A stretch of 64,000 nt of DNA from Gammaproteobacteria bacterium (GTDB lineage: Bacteria; Pseudomonadota; Gammaproteobacteria; Ga0077536). Below are positions 41,672 to 51,634 of the stretch, in pieces. Both the position numbers and the translations under genes were made by a program. The stretch spans positions 7,991 to 71,990 of the forward strand of contig SHZM01000008.1 of NCBI GenBank assembly GCA_009692265.1. The letters run 5' to 3'. Position 1 is the stretch's first letter. The number at the start of each line of letters is the position of its first letter. Below the pieces are notes generated by a model. That model did not search any database, was not told the origin of the DNA, and saw only the letters and a program-made list of their open reading frames with translations.

Positions 41672-42175
41672 ATGTCCCAACCCTGTATCGGCGAAATCAG
41701 AATGTTCGGCGGTAATTTCGCACCGACCGGTTGGATGTTCTGCGCCGGGCAACTTCTATCAATAAGCGAGAACGAAACGCTGTTCCAGTTGATTGGCACT
41801 ACGTATGGCGGTGATGGACAGACAACCTTCGGGGTACATGATCTCCGTGGCCGTGTCCCCGTTCATATCGGGCCGGGATTTAGCTTTGCCGAATTTGGGG
41901 GCGAAGAAACAATCAGATTGACGACTGCGCAGGTGCCGAGCCATACCCATGCCTGGCTGGCGAGTACTGCATTGGCTTCGGGTACTGCTCCGAGCGGGAG
42001 TCTGACAGCAACCACCAGTGGCGCTCCACTCTACGTTGCCGATCCGTTATCCACGGCATTGGCACAGGGGAGTCTTAGTGCGACGGGTGGTGGCCAGCCG
42101 CATGAAAACATGATGCCCTACCTGTGCGTTAGTTTCATTATTTCGCTATTCGGCATTTTTCCTACTCCTTCCTGA
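41672..42175 (+). CDS. phage tail-collar domain protein (COG4675 / MdpB-like), paralog 2
   Basis: IGEIRMFGGNFAPTGWMFCAGQLLSISENETLFQLIGTTYGGDG. GGAG RBS before ATG 41672. Confidence 0.75.
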   Translation: MSQPCIGEIRMFGGNFAPTGWMFCAGQLLSISENETLFQLIGTTYGGDGQTTFGVHDLRGRVPVHIGPGFSFAEFGGEETIRLTTAQVPSHTHAWLASTALASGTAPSGSLTATTSGAPLYVADPLSTALAQGSLSATGGGQPHENMMPYLCVSFIISLFGIFPTPS

Positions 42176-42183
42176 GGCGCGTC

Positions 42184-42696
42184 ATGGCAGATCTGTTTAT
42201 CTCAGAAATTCGAATAATGGCGATCAACTTCGCCCCGAAAGGCTGGGTGTTTTGTAACGGCCAGGTGCTACCAATTTCGCAAAACACCGCGCTGTTTTCG
42301 TTGCTGGGGACAACCTATGGGGGTGACGGAAGGTCTACTTTCGCGTTGCCTAATTTGCAGGGACGGGTGCCCCTTCACTGGGGGCAGGGGCAGGGTTTGA
42401 GTTCTAGGGATCTCGGCGAAGCCGGAGGCGTGAGCGAAGTGAATTTAACGACGGCTGAGCTGCCGGCCCATTCACATACACTGAATGGGTCCGCGTTGCC
42501 TGCATCCAAGGCCCAACCGGATGCCGGTTCAAAACTTGGTGCGACCACGATTTACGGTAGCGGTGCTCCCACGCAGGCGATGGCACCACAAATGATCACC
42601 GCGACCGGCGGCAATGTGTCGCATAACAATCTGCAGCCGTATCTCACACTGAACTTCTTCATCGTGCTGCAGGGCGTGTTCCCGCTGCGAAGCTAA
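42184..42696 (+). CDS. phage tail-collar domain protein (COG4675 / MdpB-like), paralog 3
   Basis: ISEIRIMAINFAPKGWVFCNGQVLPISQNTALFSLLGTTYGGDG…ELPAHSH. Confidence 0.75.
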   Translation: MADLFISEIRIMAINFAPKGWVFCNGQVLPISQNTALFSLLGTTYGGDGRSTFALPNLQGRVPLHWGQGQGLSSRDLGEAGGVSEVNLTTAELPAHSHTLNGSALPASKAQPDAGSKLGATTIYGSGAPTQAMAPQMITATGGNVSHNNLQPYLTLNFFIVLQGVFPLRS

Positions 42697-42700
42697 GTTA

Positions 42701-43210
42701 TTGCCGATTGGGGTTCCCAGGTTGCGCACCCGTAGTGAAATCCCAAAGCCGCGACTGAGGCCAGCGACTCCGGGCGACCGCGAACTGCTGTATCAACTCT
42801 ATCGTGCGGCGCGCGATCCGGAGATGGCGGCGACGGAATGGTCAGCCGCCGAGAAGGACGCCTTCCTGCGTTTCCAATTTAACGCCCAGGACGCGCACTA
42901 TCGGACCAGCTATCCGGGCGCCGAACTTTCCGTCATCACATTGGACCTTGAAGCGATCGGTCGTCAGTATGTCTATCGAACATTAAGCGAAACTCGTTTG
43001 ATGGAGATCACGCTGTTCGTCGCGTTTCGGAATCTCGGGATTGGCACGATACTGACTCAACAGCTGCTTGACGAAGCACGGCTCGCGCGCAAAACAGTGA
43101 GCCTTCATGTCGACCCAAACAACCCCGCGTCGCGGCTCTACGCGCGCCTCGGTTTCCGAGTAGTTCGTGATCTGGGATCTTGCGTACTAATGGAGGCCAA
43201 GCCGGAGTAG
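42701..43210 (+). CDS. GNAT family N-acetyltransferase
   Basis: Acetyl-CoA binding motif FRNLGIGTIL and GNAT fold. Immediately follows the tail-collar triplet. Confidence 0.7.
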   Translation: MPIGVPRLRTRSEIPKPRLRPATPGDRELLYQLYRAARDPEMAATEWSAAEKDAFLRFQFNAQDAHYRTSYPGAELSVITLDLEAIGRQYVYRTLSETRLMEITLFVAFRNLGIGTILTQQLLDEARLARKTVSLHVDPNNPASRLYARLGFRVVRDLGSCVLMEAKPE

Positions 43211-43564
43211 CAAGGGGAACGTGAGGGCCTCGATCCTCAATTGAAGACGGCTTCGTAACCGATCCCCGACTCATGCGGGCCGATCGGAACTAAAAATAGA
43301 TCAATACCGCCGAGCGATTGGTGTTCGAGGTGGTAAATTCTTTGTGGTAGTAGCGGTGCCACCGGGCCGCTGAAGAGGAGCAAGAAAGGTTGACGATGAT
43401 GCCCAACCGCACCCCAAGGCTCCACGCGAGCCAGCCGTAGCACCAGCGGGGGCTCGTCCGCGAGAACGGGCCCCTAGGCATTTAGAAAACTCGTTGGCTG
43501 TAACCGTCGCGAGGTCAATCACGGCAGGATCACCAACCCCTCGCCGCTGACACTATCGCCGTAT

Positions 43565-44493
43565 TCATGGCGCCATCTGCCCCCGACGCCAAACACGATG
43601 CCTCGCCGCGTGCGCGGCGAACTGTTCGACTTCTGCGCGATACGTATCGAAGGCTACGATTTTCTCAGTGCTTGGGTCTTTCGCTTTAAACCCGATCTCA
43701 ACGCTACCAGGGGCACCAAATAGTGCGCCGTGTACGACGAAGTAGCCCTTGGTTCCGTAGTAGGCGACCCGGGGCGCGCGCCGACGGCACCCGTACATGC
43801 AGTGACATTGCCAAGCGCACCGTTCTTGAATCTCACACTGACTGCCGCGTGGTCGTCGGTCTTGAATTTCCAGCACTTGTTCGTCAGGTGCCCATTCGCG
43901 GCCTGGGGCGTGGCGTTCATCATCCAACACAGCATATCCAGCTCATGCGTGCCGAGGTCGCCGATCGCCCAACCACCACTGCGTTGGCGGTTTTGACGCC
44001 AGGCGGGAGGCGCGCTCGGATACGAGTAGTAGACCTGAACGTTTGCTTCCAATGCATCGCCGAGGCGACCCGACGCGGTGAGTTTCGCGAGCTTCTGCAA
44101 GGTTGGATGCGCGCGGTTATTGAAACCAATACACAGTTCACGCTGCGCGGCGGTGGCTGCTCGCACCATCGCCTTGCAGTCCTCCGGCGCGACCGCCATC
44201 GGCTTTTCACAGAGCACATGTAGCCCCGCCTTGAGCGCCGCGACCGTGTGTTGGCGATGGAGATGAGGCGGACTCGCGATCCATACCGCATCAAGTCCTG
44301 GATGCTGGAGAAACGCTTGTAAATTTGTGTAGGGCGCTTCGAGCCGGTGCTTGGCGGCGTAGGCAATCGCGCCCTTGGTTTTAGAACCGAGTACTGCGAC
44401 CAAGTGATTACCGGGTGTACGCGCGATGGCCGGCCCAAACGTGTGGTCAGCCCAACTAGTGGACCCGATCATGCCCCAACGAAATGCTGCCAT
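43565..44493 (-). CDS. Gfo/Idh/MocA family oxidoreductase with frameshift at the CCCCGGG run (about 43775-43781)
   Basis: N-terminus MAAFRWGMIGSTS (Rossmann fold). Frame 1 reads …VRFKNGALGNVTA and then nonsense. The family's C-terminus (…RVAYYGTKGYFVVHGALFGAPGSVEI…) continues in the adjacent frame (ORF 43565-43930). Confidence 0.65.
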
Positions 44494-44678
44494 GAGATGT
44501 TTCCTGTTCGATGAAGGTTTAAAAGCCACGCTCATTCGTCGGCGCCGTCGGGAGTGTGCCATTGTCGATGATGGGCTTGTCAACTCGATTACAGCAGAGA
44601 ACGCCGATAGTGGGTGTCGAACAACCCGGCTATCCTTGCCACGCGGTAACCGGCATCGCGACAAACTAAGGAGTACTG

Positions 44679-45932
44679 GTGATGGATTCAATCAGCGCAG
44701 TAGCACTGGGACTCAAAGTCGGCATAGTTGGCGGGTCGATTGCGGGGTGTGCCGCGGCAATCGAACTTGCGCGGCTCGGGTGCGACGTCACATTGTTCGA
44801 ACGCAGTGGTGAAGAACTGAAAGATCGCGGCGCGGGGATCGGGGTGCCGCCCTCGGTGATCGAGACGTTCCGCAAACGCGGCTTGATCGATCCCCAGATT
44901 CCAGTCTTTGAAGCCGGCGCGTTTGTGCGGCGCTGGCGCACGATCGCCGAGCCGCGTCACGGGTATTTGGCCTGGCGACAGACTACCGTGATGGCGCTGC
45001 TGAACTGGGGCGCGTTGTATCGAAGTCTTCGCGAGCGCGTACCAGCTGGTGTGTACCACACGGAGCAGCGTGTGGTCGCGATAACCCAGCACGGTGAGCG
45101 CGCTGTCTTGAGCCTCGCCAACGGCAGCCAACGTGAGTTTGATTTAGTGGTCTGTGCCGATGGCTACGCCTCGTTAGGGCGGCAGACCTTGTTCCCGCAG
45201 GTGCGCCTGCCGTATGCCGGCTATGTGCTGTGGCGCGGTTTCCTACTGGAAACAAAGCTCAGCGAGTCGGGACCTTTGGAGAATGGGATCCACGCAGTGG
45301 GCTTTCCGGGGGGACACGGCATTTTTTATTTTGTGCCGGGTCTCAAGGGTGAAACCGAGCCCGGCAAGCGGATCGTAAATTGGGCAGTTTATACGCCAGT
45401 CGCTCCCGCCGAAATCACGATGTTTCTGACCGACAACATGGGTCGCGCACGCGAGGGATCGCTACCTCCGGGCGCGATGCCGATCGCCACCGAGCAGGCA
45501 CTCAAAGCCGCCGCGCGCAGTCGGTTGCCCGAGTATTACGCGGAGATCGTGGACAGCAGTGACCAAACCTCCGCTTATGGAATCTACGATTGCGAAGTCC
45601 CAGCGTATCGCCAGGGGAGAGTTTGTCTGGTCGGCGATGCCGCAGCGTTCGCGCGCCCGCACAGCGGTGCAGGTGCGTTCAAGGGGATGAACGATGCAGC
45701 GAACTTGAGTGACGCTCTGTCGACGAATACCAGCATCGAAACGGCGTTGAGTTTGTGGAACACCGAGCGCACTACGGCCGGGAATCAGATTGTTCGCTTC
45801 GGGAATCAGCTAGGTCGCGCGCTGGTCAAAGAAATTCCAGACTGGTCGACGATGAACGCGGCGAAAATGGAGAGCTGGTTTACAAGCTTGGTAACCGAAA
45901 AAACCGAAATGTTCGGCGTTAAGGAAAAGTGA
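44679..45932 (+). CDS. FAD-dependent aromatic monooxygenase (salicylate/3-hydroxybenzoate hydroxylase-like)
   Basis: GxGxxG (VGGSIAGCAAAIELA) and DG / GD (VGDAAAFARPHSGAG) FAD motifs. Confidence 0.8.
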   Translation: MMDSISAVALGLKVGIVGGSIAGCAAAIELARLGCDVTLFERSGEELKDRGAGIGVPPSVIETFRKRGLIDPQIPVFEAGAFVRRWRTIAEPRHGYLAWRQTTVMALLNWGALYRSLRERVPAGVYHTEQRVVAITQHGERAVLSLANGSQREFDLVVCADGYASLGRQTLFPQVRLPYAGYVLWRGFLLETKLSESGPLENGIHAVGFPGGHGIFYFVPGLKGETEPGKRIVNWAVYTPVAPAEITMFLTDNMGRAREGSLPPGAMPIATEQALKAAARSRLPEYYAEIVDSSDQTSAYGIYDCEVPAYRQGRVCLVGDAAAFARPHSGAGAFKGMNDAANLSDALSTNTSIETALSLWNTERTTAGNQIVRFGNQLGRALVKEIPDWSTMNAAKMESWFTSLVTEKTEMFGVKEK

Positions 45933-46410
45933 CCGGCACCGGTCGAGTCAACATATCCAACACCGGGCAATGACGATTAACCATCTCGCGTAACCGCGCT
46001 TGTTCGGCGGCCGACGCGGAGGACGTTAAGTTCACGGTGACACGGATCGCGTCGAAGCCGGGACGCACCTTGGGGTCGATGGCGAAGAAACCACGGAAAT
46101 CGATATCCCCTTCAACGGTCACCGCGACATGTTCGAGCGGGATATCCAGCGCGGTCGCGAACGCGCGATAGGTGATTTCCTGACAGGTGCCAAGCGCGGC
46201 TAAGACGAGTTCAACTGGAGTTGGGCCATCGTTGGTGCCACCAATCCGGGTCGGTTCGTCCACCGTCAGCGAATGTTCCCGAATCCGCACTTCAGAGCGA
46301 AAACCGTTGGTCAGCTGCGATTCTGATTTGAAGGTCGCGCGGGCGTTCAGTGGGTCGCCGCGAAACGCCGCGGTTGCCTCGGTAATGGCTTGGGCGATCA
46401 CAGCACTCAT
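45919..46410 (-). CDS. OsmC/Ohr family peroxiredoxin-like protein
   Basis: 163-aa OsmC fold with conserved Cys pair. Confidence 0.75.
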   Translation of the reverse strand: MSAVIAQAITEATAAFRGDPLNARATFKSESQLTNGFRSEVRIREHSLTVDEPTRIGGTNDGPTPVELVLAALGTCQEITYRAFATALDIPLEHVAVTVEGDIDFRGFFAIDPKVRPGFDAIRVTVNLTSSASAAEQARLREMVNRHCPVLDMLTRPVPVTFP

Positions 46411-46458
46411 GAGAACTCCGATTCAGGTGGGAGGTGGTTGTGGCAGTATACGGGGATA

Positions 46459-47790
46459 ATGGTCAAACCCCGCCAACTTCGACTAGGCGCTTTCATGCGC
46501 CCCATCAGCATCCATACCAGTGCGTGGCGGTATCCGGGTGCTTTTGCGGACGCTAATTTCAATTTCGCACATTACAAACGGTTTGCTCAGACCCTGGAGC
46601 GCGGCTGCTTCGACGCGTTTTTCATGGCTGATCACCTGGCCGTGCTAAACATGCCGATGCAGGCCTTACAGCGAAGCGCCACGGTGACGTCATTCGATCC
46701 TCTGACCTTGTTACCCGCGCTTGCTGCCGTCACCGAGCACCTCGGTCTGATCGCAACCGCTTCCACGTCCTATAACGATCCCTATCACATCGCGCGCAGG
46801 TTCGCGTCGCTCGATCACATAAGTGGCGGGCGCGCGGGCTGGAATGTCGTGACTTCGGCGAATCCGCGCGAGGCTCTGAACTTCGGACGCGAGGATCATC
46901 TGGAACATGCGGATCGTTACCGGCGCGCGCGTGAATTCTACGAGGTCGTGATCGGGCTGTGGGATAGTTGGGCGGACGACGCGTTCATACGCGACGTCGA
47001 GCGCGGGATCTATTTCGATGCCGAGAGGCTGCATGTACTCGATCATCGCGGTGAGTACTTTAAGGTAAGAGGTCCACTAAACGTCGCGCGTCCAATTCAA
47101 GGTTGGCCGGTGATCGTGCAAGCGGGTTCGTCAGAGGACGGGCGGCGACTTGCCGCGGAGACCGCGGAGATGGTGTTTTCCGCAGACAGCTCGTTGGAGT
47201 CCGCACGCGCGTTTTATGCGGATGTAAAGCAGCGGATGGTGGCGTTCGGTCGCGATCCCGATCACTTAAAAATCATGCCCGGTGCATTCGTGATTGTCGG
47301 CAATTCTAAAGAGGAGGCACAGGCTAAAAAGGCGCATCTGGATAGTCTCGTGCACCAGGACAGTGGGTTGTCGTCGCTCTCGATCCTATTAGGGCACGAC
47401 ATCTCGGACTACGAACTGGATAAGCCGCTCCCCGACATTCCGGAAAGCAATGCGAGCAAGAGTTCGCGCGATAAATTGCTGGGGCGTTCGCGGCGCGAAG
47501 GTCTAACCATCCGCCAACTCGCGCAATGGGTCGGCGGCAGTTTTGGGGTGATGGAGATCATTGGCACGCCCACCGAAATCGCCGATGAGATGGAACGATG
47601 GTTGATCACCGAGGCATGTGACGGTTTCAACATCATGTTTCCGTATTTGCCGCAGGGGCTGGACGATTTTGTCGAGCAAGTGACTCCGGAATTACAGCGA
47701 CGCGGCATTTTCAAGACGGCTTACGCAGGAAATACGCTGCGCGAGAATCTAGGATTGCCGCGACCGCCCAATCGGTTTTTCCCGAACTAA
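46459..47790 (+). CDS. LLM-class flavin-dependent monooxygenase, NtaA/SnaA/DszA subfamily
   Basis: 444 aa. LGAFMRPISIHTSAWRYPGA…FFMADH. Start chosen at ATG 46459. Confidence 0.85.
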   Translation: MVKPRQLRLGAFMRPISIHTSAWRYPGAFADANFNFAHYKRFAQTLERGCFDAFFMADHLAVLNMPMQALQRSATVTSFDPLTLLPALAAVTEHLGLIATASTSYNDPYHIARRFASLDHISGGRAGWNVVTSANPREALNFGREDHLEHADRYRRAREFYEVVIGLWDSWADDAFIRDVERGIYFDAERLHVLDHRGEYFKVRGPLNVARPIQGWPVIVQAGSSEDGRRLAAETAEMVFSADSSLESARAFYADVKQRMVAFGRDPDHLKIMPGAFVIVGNSKEEAQAKKAHLDSLVHQDSGLSSLSILLGHDISDYELDKPLPDIPESNASKSSRDKLLGRSRREGLTIRQLAQWVGGSFGVMEIIGTPTEIADEMERWLITEACDGFNIMFPYLPQGLDDFVEQVTPELQRRGIFKTAYAGNTLRENLGLPRPPNRFFPN

Positions 47791-47806
47791 GGCGTGAGGA
47801 ATCGTT

Positions 47807-48799
47807 TTGGGTTTGCTGATTAACGGACAATGGGACACGGAAGCGACGATGATTCCGATCGCCGCCGGTCGTTTCGAGCGTGAGCCTGCGGCGTTTCGAC
47901 AATGGGTAACCGCCGACGGCAGCTCGGGATTTAAAGCCGAGCCCGGCCGGTATCATCTGTATGTGGCCTATCACTGCCCGTGGGCCTGGCGGACGATCCT
48001 GTATCGCAAATTGAAACACCTTGAAGCAGTCATTTCGATGACGGTGGCAATTCCGAACGATCGGCGTCAAGGGTGGATTTTCGGGGACTATTCCGGCTGC
48101 ACGCCGGATACGGTTAATGGCTTCACTCATTTACATCAAGCCTATACCAGGGCGCGTGCCGACTACACCGGCACGGTCTCGGTGCCCGTGTTGTGGGATC
48201 GCGTGACAGGCACGATCGTCAATAACGAATCGCCGGAGATCATTCGTATGTTGAACAGCGCCTTCGATGCGTGTGCCGAGGGGTCGATGGATTTCTACCC
48301 GAGTGGGCTGCGCGATGAAATCGATCGGATCAATGATCGCGTTTATCGTGGTCTGAACAATGGCGTGTATCGCGTGGGCTTGGCGAAGACGCAGGAAGCC
48401 TACGACGAAGCGCACCTCGCTTTATTCGAAACCTTTGATTGGTTAGAAGATCTGTTGAATCGTCGCCGCTATCTCGCCGGCAATCGCATTACTGAAGCTG
48501 ATTGGCGGTGCCTGCCAAGCCTGCTGCGGTTCGATTTGGTCTACCACGGCCTGTTCAAATGTAATCAACGCACGATCGCGAGTTACCCGAATTTATCCAA
48601 CTACCTGCGGGAGCTGTATCAATGGCCAGGCGTGGCTGACACCGTGAACTTCGAGCATTTTGTACGAGGCTATTATTCGATCCCGGTGTTGAACCCGAGC
48701 GGGATCATCCCGCCTGTTCCGAAGCATTACGCGCAAAGTTTAGGTGAATCACACGATCGGGGACGATTACCGAGTGGGCCTTTGGCGGAAGTCCCATAA
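47807..48799 (+). CDS. glutathionyl-hydroquinone reductase (Xi-class GST, YqjG-like)
   Basis: CPWAWRT active site. Near full-length similarity to E. coli YqjG recalled from memory. TTG start with GAGGA RBS. Confidence 0.8.
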   Translation: MGLLINGQWDTEATMIPIAAGRFEREPAAFRQWVTADGSSGFKAEPGRYHLYVAYHCPWAWRTILYRKLKHLEAVISMTVAIPNDRRQGWIFGDYSGCTPDTVNGFTHLHQAYTRARADYTGTVSVPVLWDRVTGTIVNNESPEIIRMLNSAFDACAEGSMDFYPSGLRDEIDRINDRVYRGLNNGVYRVGLAKTQEAYDEAHLALFETFDWLEDLLNRRRYLAGNRITEADWRCLPSLLRFDLVYHGLFKCNQRTIASYPNLSNYLRELYQWPGVADTVNFEHFVRGYYSIPVLNPSGIIPPVPKHYAQSLGESHDRGRLPSGPLAEVP

Positions 48800-48830
48800 G
48801 AGCGCACGGCTGCTGTCGAGGGGTGCCGCG

Positions 48831-49748
48831 CTAGACGCCTTCGCGAAGATTTCGTGCAACCTCCTGGTGTCGATCATTCTCCGCCCGCAAGCGTGCAATT
48901 TCGCTCGCGGCGAGAAGTTCGATGTTGCAGTAATCGAGCTTCCAGGCGGGATCTTCCTGCCAGCGTAACGGCGATTGCACCGTGGTACGCGGCGCAGGCG
49001 CCGCTGCCAACAGCGCGAGCGCGAGTTCGAGGGTCTGGGCCTGCGACCCAGGATCCTGGGGACGTCCGCACGCATTGCCCAGCGGGAAATCGCTGAACAC
49101 AAAGCGCGGAACGCCGATGTGTTCGACAATGTCCTTCGCGCAGCCCATCACAACGGTAGGGATCCCCGCAGCTTCCAAGGCCCTTGCCGCGAGACTCACA
49201 CTCTGATGACAGACGGGACAGTTCGCGACCAACACGACGGCATCCGCGCGATCCTCGCGACAACGCTTCACGAGTTCGGGACAGTCGCTCTCAAGCGAAG
49301 TGCGGTGGCTGCGGTTCGTTGGCGCACCGTGAAATCTCGGTGCGACATCACCGATTAAACCCTTGGCGCGTGAATGGTGCAGGGCTAGGAGCGGAAAGTA
49401 CGTGCCCGAATCGCCCGCCGTCGTGTGTATACGATCGATTGCGATATGTGAAATGCGAATGTCGTGGACGCCCTCGGTGGGTCGCGAATAAACCTCGTAG
49501 AACTTCGCCGCCCAGTTGTAAGGTGCACCCGGTCCTTGTTCGCCCTTGCCCGGTTGATACGGCGCGCCAGTGGTAATCAACCCGACGCGACATTGCGTTA
49601 AGGGTTTGCTCAGCAGTGCGAACGGAACGTCAGGATAGGTCGCCCAGCGGTACGGGTTGCCGTAGCCCAGCGCAAGGTAGTACTCACGGGTACGTTGCAG
49701 GTACGGGATTGGACTGTCGAGGTCCGGGGCGAAGTGGAGGTCTTGCAT
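48831..49748 (-). CDS. glycine/D-proline reductase B-subunit (GrdB/PrdB) family protein, Cys homolog
   Basis: Aligns to PrdB recalled from memory (VDAVLLTAGUGTCHRS…GIPTIIIAA) as ADAVVLVANCPVCHQS…GIPTVVMGC. The Sec position is occupied by Cys. Confidence 0.55.
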   Translation of the reverse strand: MQDLHFAPDLDSPIPYLQRTREYYLALGYGNPYRWATYPDVPFALLSKPLTQCRVGLITTGAPYQPGKGEQGPGAPYNWAAKFYEVYSRPTEGVHDIRISHIAIDRIHTTAGDSGTYFPLLALHHSRAKGLIGDVAPRFHGAPTNRSHRTSLESDCPELVKRCREDRADAVVLVANCPVCHQSVSLAARALEAAGIPTVVMGCAKDIVEHIGVPRFVFSDFPLGNACGRPQDPGSQAQTLELALALLAAAPAPRTTVQSPLRWQEDPAWKLDYCNIELLAASEIARLRAENDRHQEVARNLREGV

Positions 49749-49756
49749 TAAATCTA

Positions 49757-49857
49757 ACTCCCCTAAATCCCCCCCTCCGCTGCGTGGAGGCCCTTTTTCA
49801 CAAGGCGCGGGGTTTAATCTTCTACCCCCTTTAAAAAAGGGGGTAGGGGGATTTAGC
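49757..49857. repeat. highly structured intergenic element: nested inverted repeats with central hairpin CTACCCCCTTT-AAA-AAAGGGGGTAG
   Basis: Seen directly: 11-bp stem at 49822-49846; outer IR CTAAATCCCCC (49763-73) / GGGGGATTTAG (49846-56); additional CCTCC…GGAGG. Fills the whole gap between two minus-strand genes, so it is likely a terminator and/or REP-like element. Confidence 0.45.
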
Positions 49858-50705
49858 TACGCCATCAGTTTCGTGTACTTGTCGAGAATCGGCAGGATCT
49901 TATCGCGGCCTTCCGGTGGCAGCGGCAGGATCGCGCGGGTCACCCCCATCTCAGGAAGCTTGTCAATCGCATCCAAATTCGGCGCTAGCGCGAAGAACAC
50001 CCCCAGCTCGATCGATTTCGGATCGCGGCCGACCTTTTTACAGGCTTCACCCAGCTGTTTGAGTCCGCCTTCGAAATCGTACAGGCCGCTTAACGGCATC
50101 CAGCCATCACAGAATTCCGCAACGTGGGCGGCGGTCTTCGGTCCCAATGCACCGCCCATGATGACTTTCGGGTGCGGTTTTTGGATTGGCTTCGGCCAGG
50201 CCCAGCTCTTTTCGAATTTCACGTATTGACCGGAGAACTCGGGCTCTTCCTTGGTCCACAGCTCCTTCATAAGCAGCACATGCTCACGCAGGATTTCGCG
50301 GCGCTGCTTGAAGTCGAGTTTATGGTTGCGCATCTCTTCGACATTCCAGCCGTAGCCCACGCCGAATTCGACACGCCCGCCCGAAATTACATCGAGGCTT
50401 GCGACTTCCTTCGCCAGCCAGATTGGATCGCGCTGGGCGACCAACGTGATGCCTGTGCCGAGCCGGAGCTTGGTGGTAACCGCGGCGGCCGCAGTCAGCG
50501 CAATGAATTGATCATGGGTGCGCCAGTATTCTTCAGGCAGCGGCCCTAAATGCTTATAGCCACCCCACGGCGTCTCACGTGAGGTTGGGATATGGCTGTG
50601 TTCAGGGAACCACAGTGATTCGAAGCCACGGGCTTCGACTTCTTTGGCCAGTTCCATCGGTTGAATGGCTTTGTCCGTTGGGAAAATGATCACGCCTAGG
50701 TCCAT
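49857..50705 (-). CDS. LLM-class (F420/flavin-dependent) oxidoreductase
   Basis: Start chosen at MDLGVIIFPTD (ATG 50705-50703). Luciferase-like TIM barrel. Confidence 0.8.
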   Translation of the reverse strand: MDLGVIIFPTDKAIQPMELAKEVEARGFESLWFPEHSHIPTSRETPWGGYKHLGPLPEEYWRTHDQFIALTAAAAVTTKLRLGTGITLVAQRDPIWLAKEVASLDVISGGRVEFGVGYGWNVEEMRNHKLDFKQRREILREHVLLMKELWTKEEPEFSGQYVKFEKSWAWPKPIQKPHPKVIMGGALGPKTAAHVAEFCDGWMPLSGLYDFEGGLKQLGEACKKVGRDPKSIELGVFFALAPNLDAIDKLPEMGVTRAILPLPPEGRDKILPILDKYTKLMA

Positions 50706-50879
50706 AGGGGTTGCTCCGGTGCTGAGGTGGGTGCCACTAGAGTATACAAGAATCAATCAGGGCCGAGCGACCAGTTAGCGCCTTCGACGCCTGCTGCCGG
50801 GTGCTTCCCGTGAGGTTCTATCGAGTACGGCGCGCCTGCGCTTGATTCACCCGGACGGTCACGCGATCATCCCTGCCGC

Positions 50880-51605
50880 ATGACCAAACTCTCGGTAAAT
50901 ATCAATAAAATCGCGCTGCTAAGGAATTCGCGAGGCCGCAATTTTCCGGATGTCGCGGTGTTCGCCGCGCGTTGTCTGGAATTGGGGGCGCACGGTATAA
51001 CCCTGCATCCACGTCCAGATCAACGGCATGCGCGTTACTCCGACATCGCGGTACTCAAAACACTCTGTAGCGCGCGCCGCGCCGAGCTTAACATCGAAGG
51101 GTATCCAGACGACCGGTTTGTTGGTGAAGTTATCCAAGCGCAGCCGGCGCAGTGCACGCTGGTGCCAGACAGTCCGGGTCAGTTGACCTCCGATCACGGC
51201 TGGGACCTACGGCGAGAGTCGGTGCTTCTGGCACGGGTGTGCGCCAAACTCCAAGCGGCGAGGATCCGGGTGAGTCTGTTTGTCGATGCGGGAAACCCTC
51301 ATTTCCAAATCGCACGCGACCTCGGCGCGGATCGGATCGAGTTGTACACCGAGCCCTACGCCGAGACATTTCACACGGCGGAACACGCGCAGGTGCTAGC
51401 GCGCTTTCGAGAGGCGGCGCAATGCGCTCAGGGCTACGGACTCGGGGTGAACGCCGGGCACGACTTGAATCTCGAAAATCTCCGAAGCTTTGTCCAAATC
51501 CCCGATATCCTGGAAGTCTCGATCGGTCACGCGCTGATTGTCGAAAGCTTAGAGCTTGGGTTGCCGACGGTTATCAGTCGTTACTTAAACCTCGTGAAGG
51601 TCTAA
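50880..51605 (+). CDS. pdxJ: pyridoxine 5'-phosphate synthase
   Basis: 241-aa PdxJ signature (ITLHPRPDQRH…GAHGITLHPR…NAGHDL). Confidence 0.9.
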   Translation: MTKLSVNINKIALLRNSRGRNFPDVAVFAARCLELGAHGITLHPRPDQRHARYSDIAVLKTLCSARRAELNIEGYPDDRFVGEVIQAQPAQCTLVPDSPGQLTSDHGWDLRRESVLLARVCAKLQAARIRVSLFVDAGNPHFQIARDLGADRIELYTEPYAETFHTAEHAQVLARFREAAQCAQGYGLGVNAGHDLNLENLRSFVQIPDILEVSIGHALIVESLELGLPTVISRYLNLVKV

Positions 51606-51634
51606 ACGGGGTTAAGGTTCTGGATTAGATTAAA

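Noticed and set aside
43211-43564. 350-bp gene-poor region with short minus-strand ORFs (43237-43522)
   Set aside because: The overlapping ORFs show no recognisable similarity or start signals. Possibly a degraded remnant, but there is insufficient evidence to call a feature.
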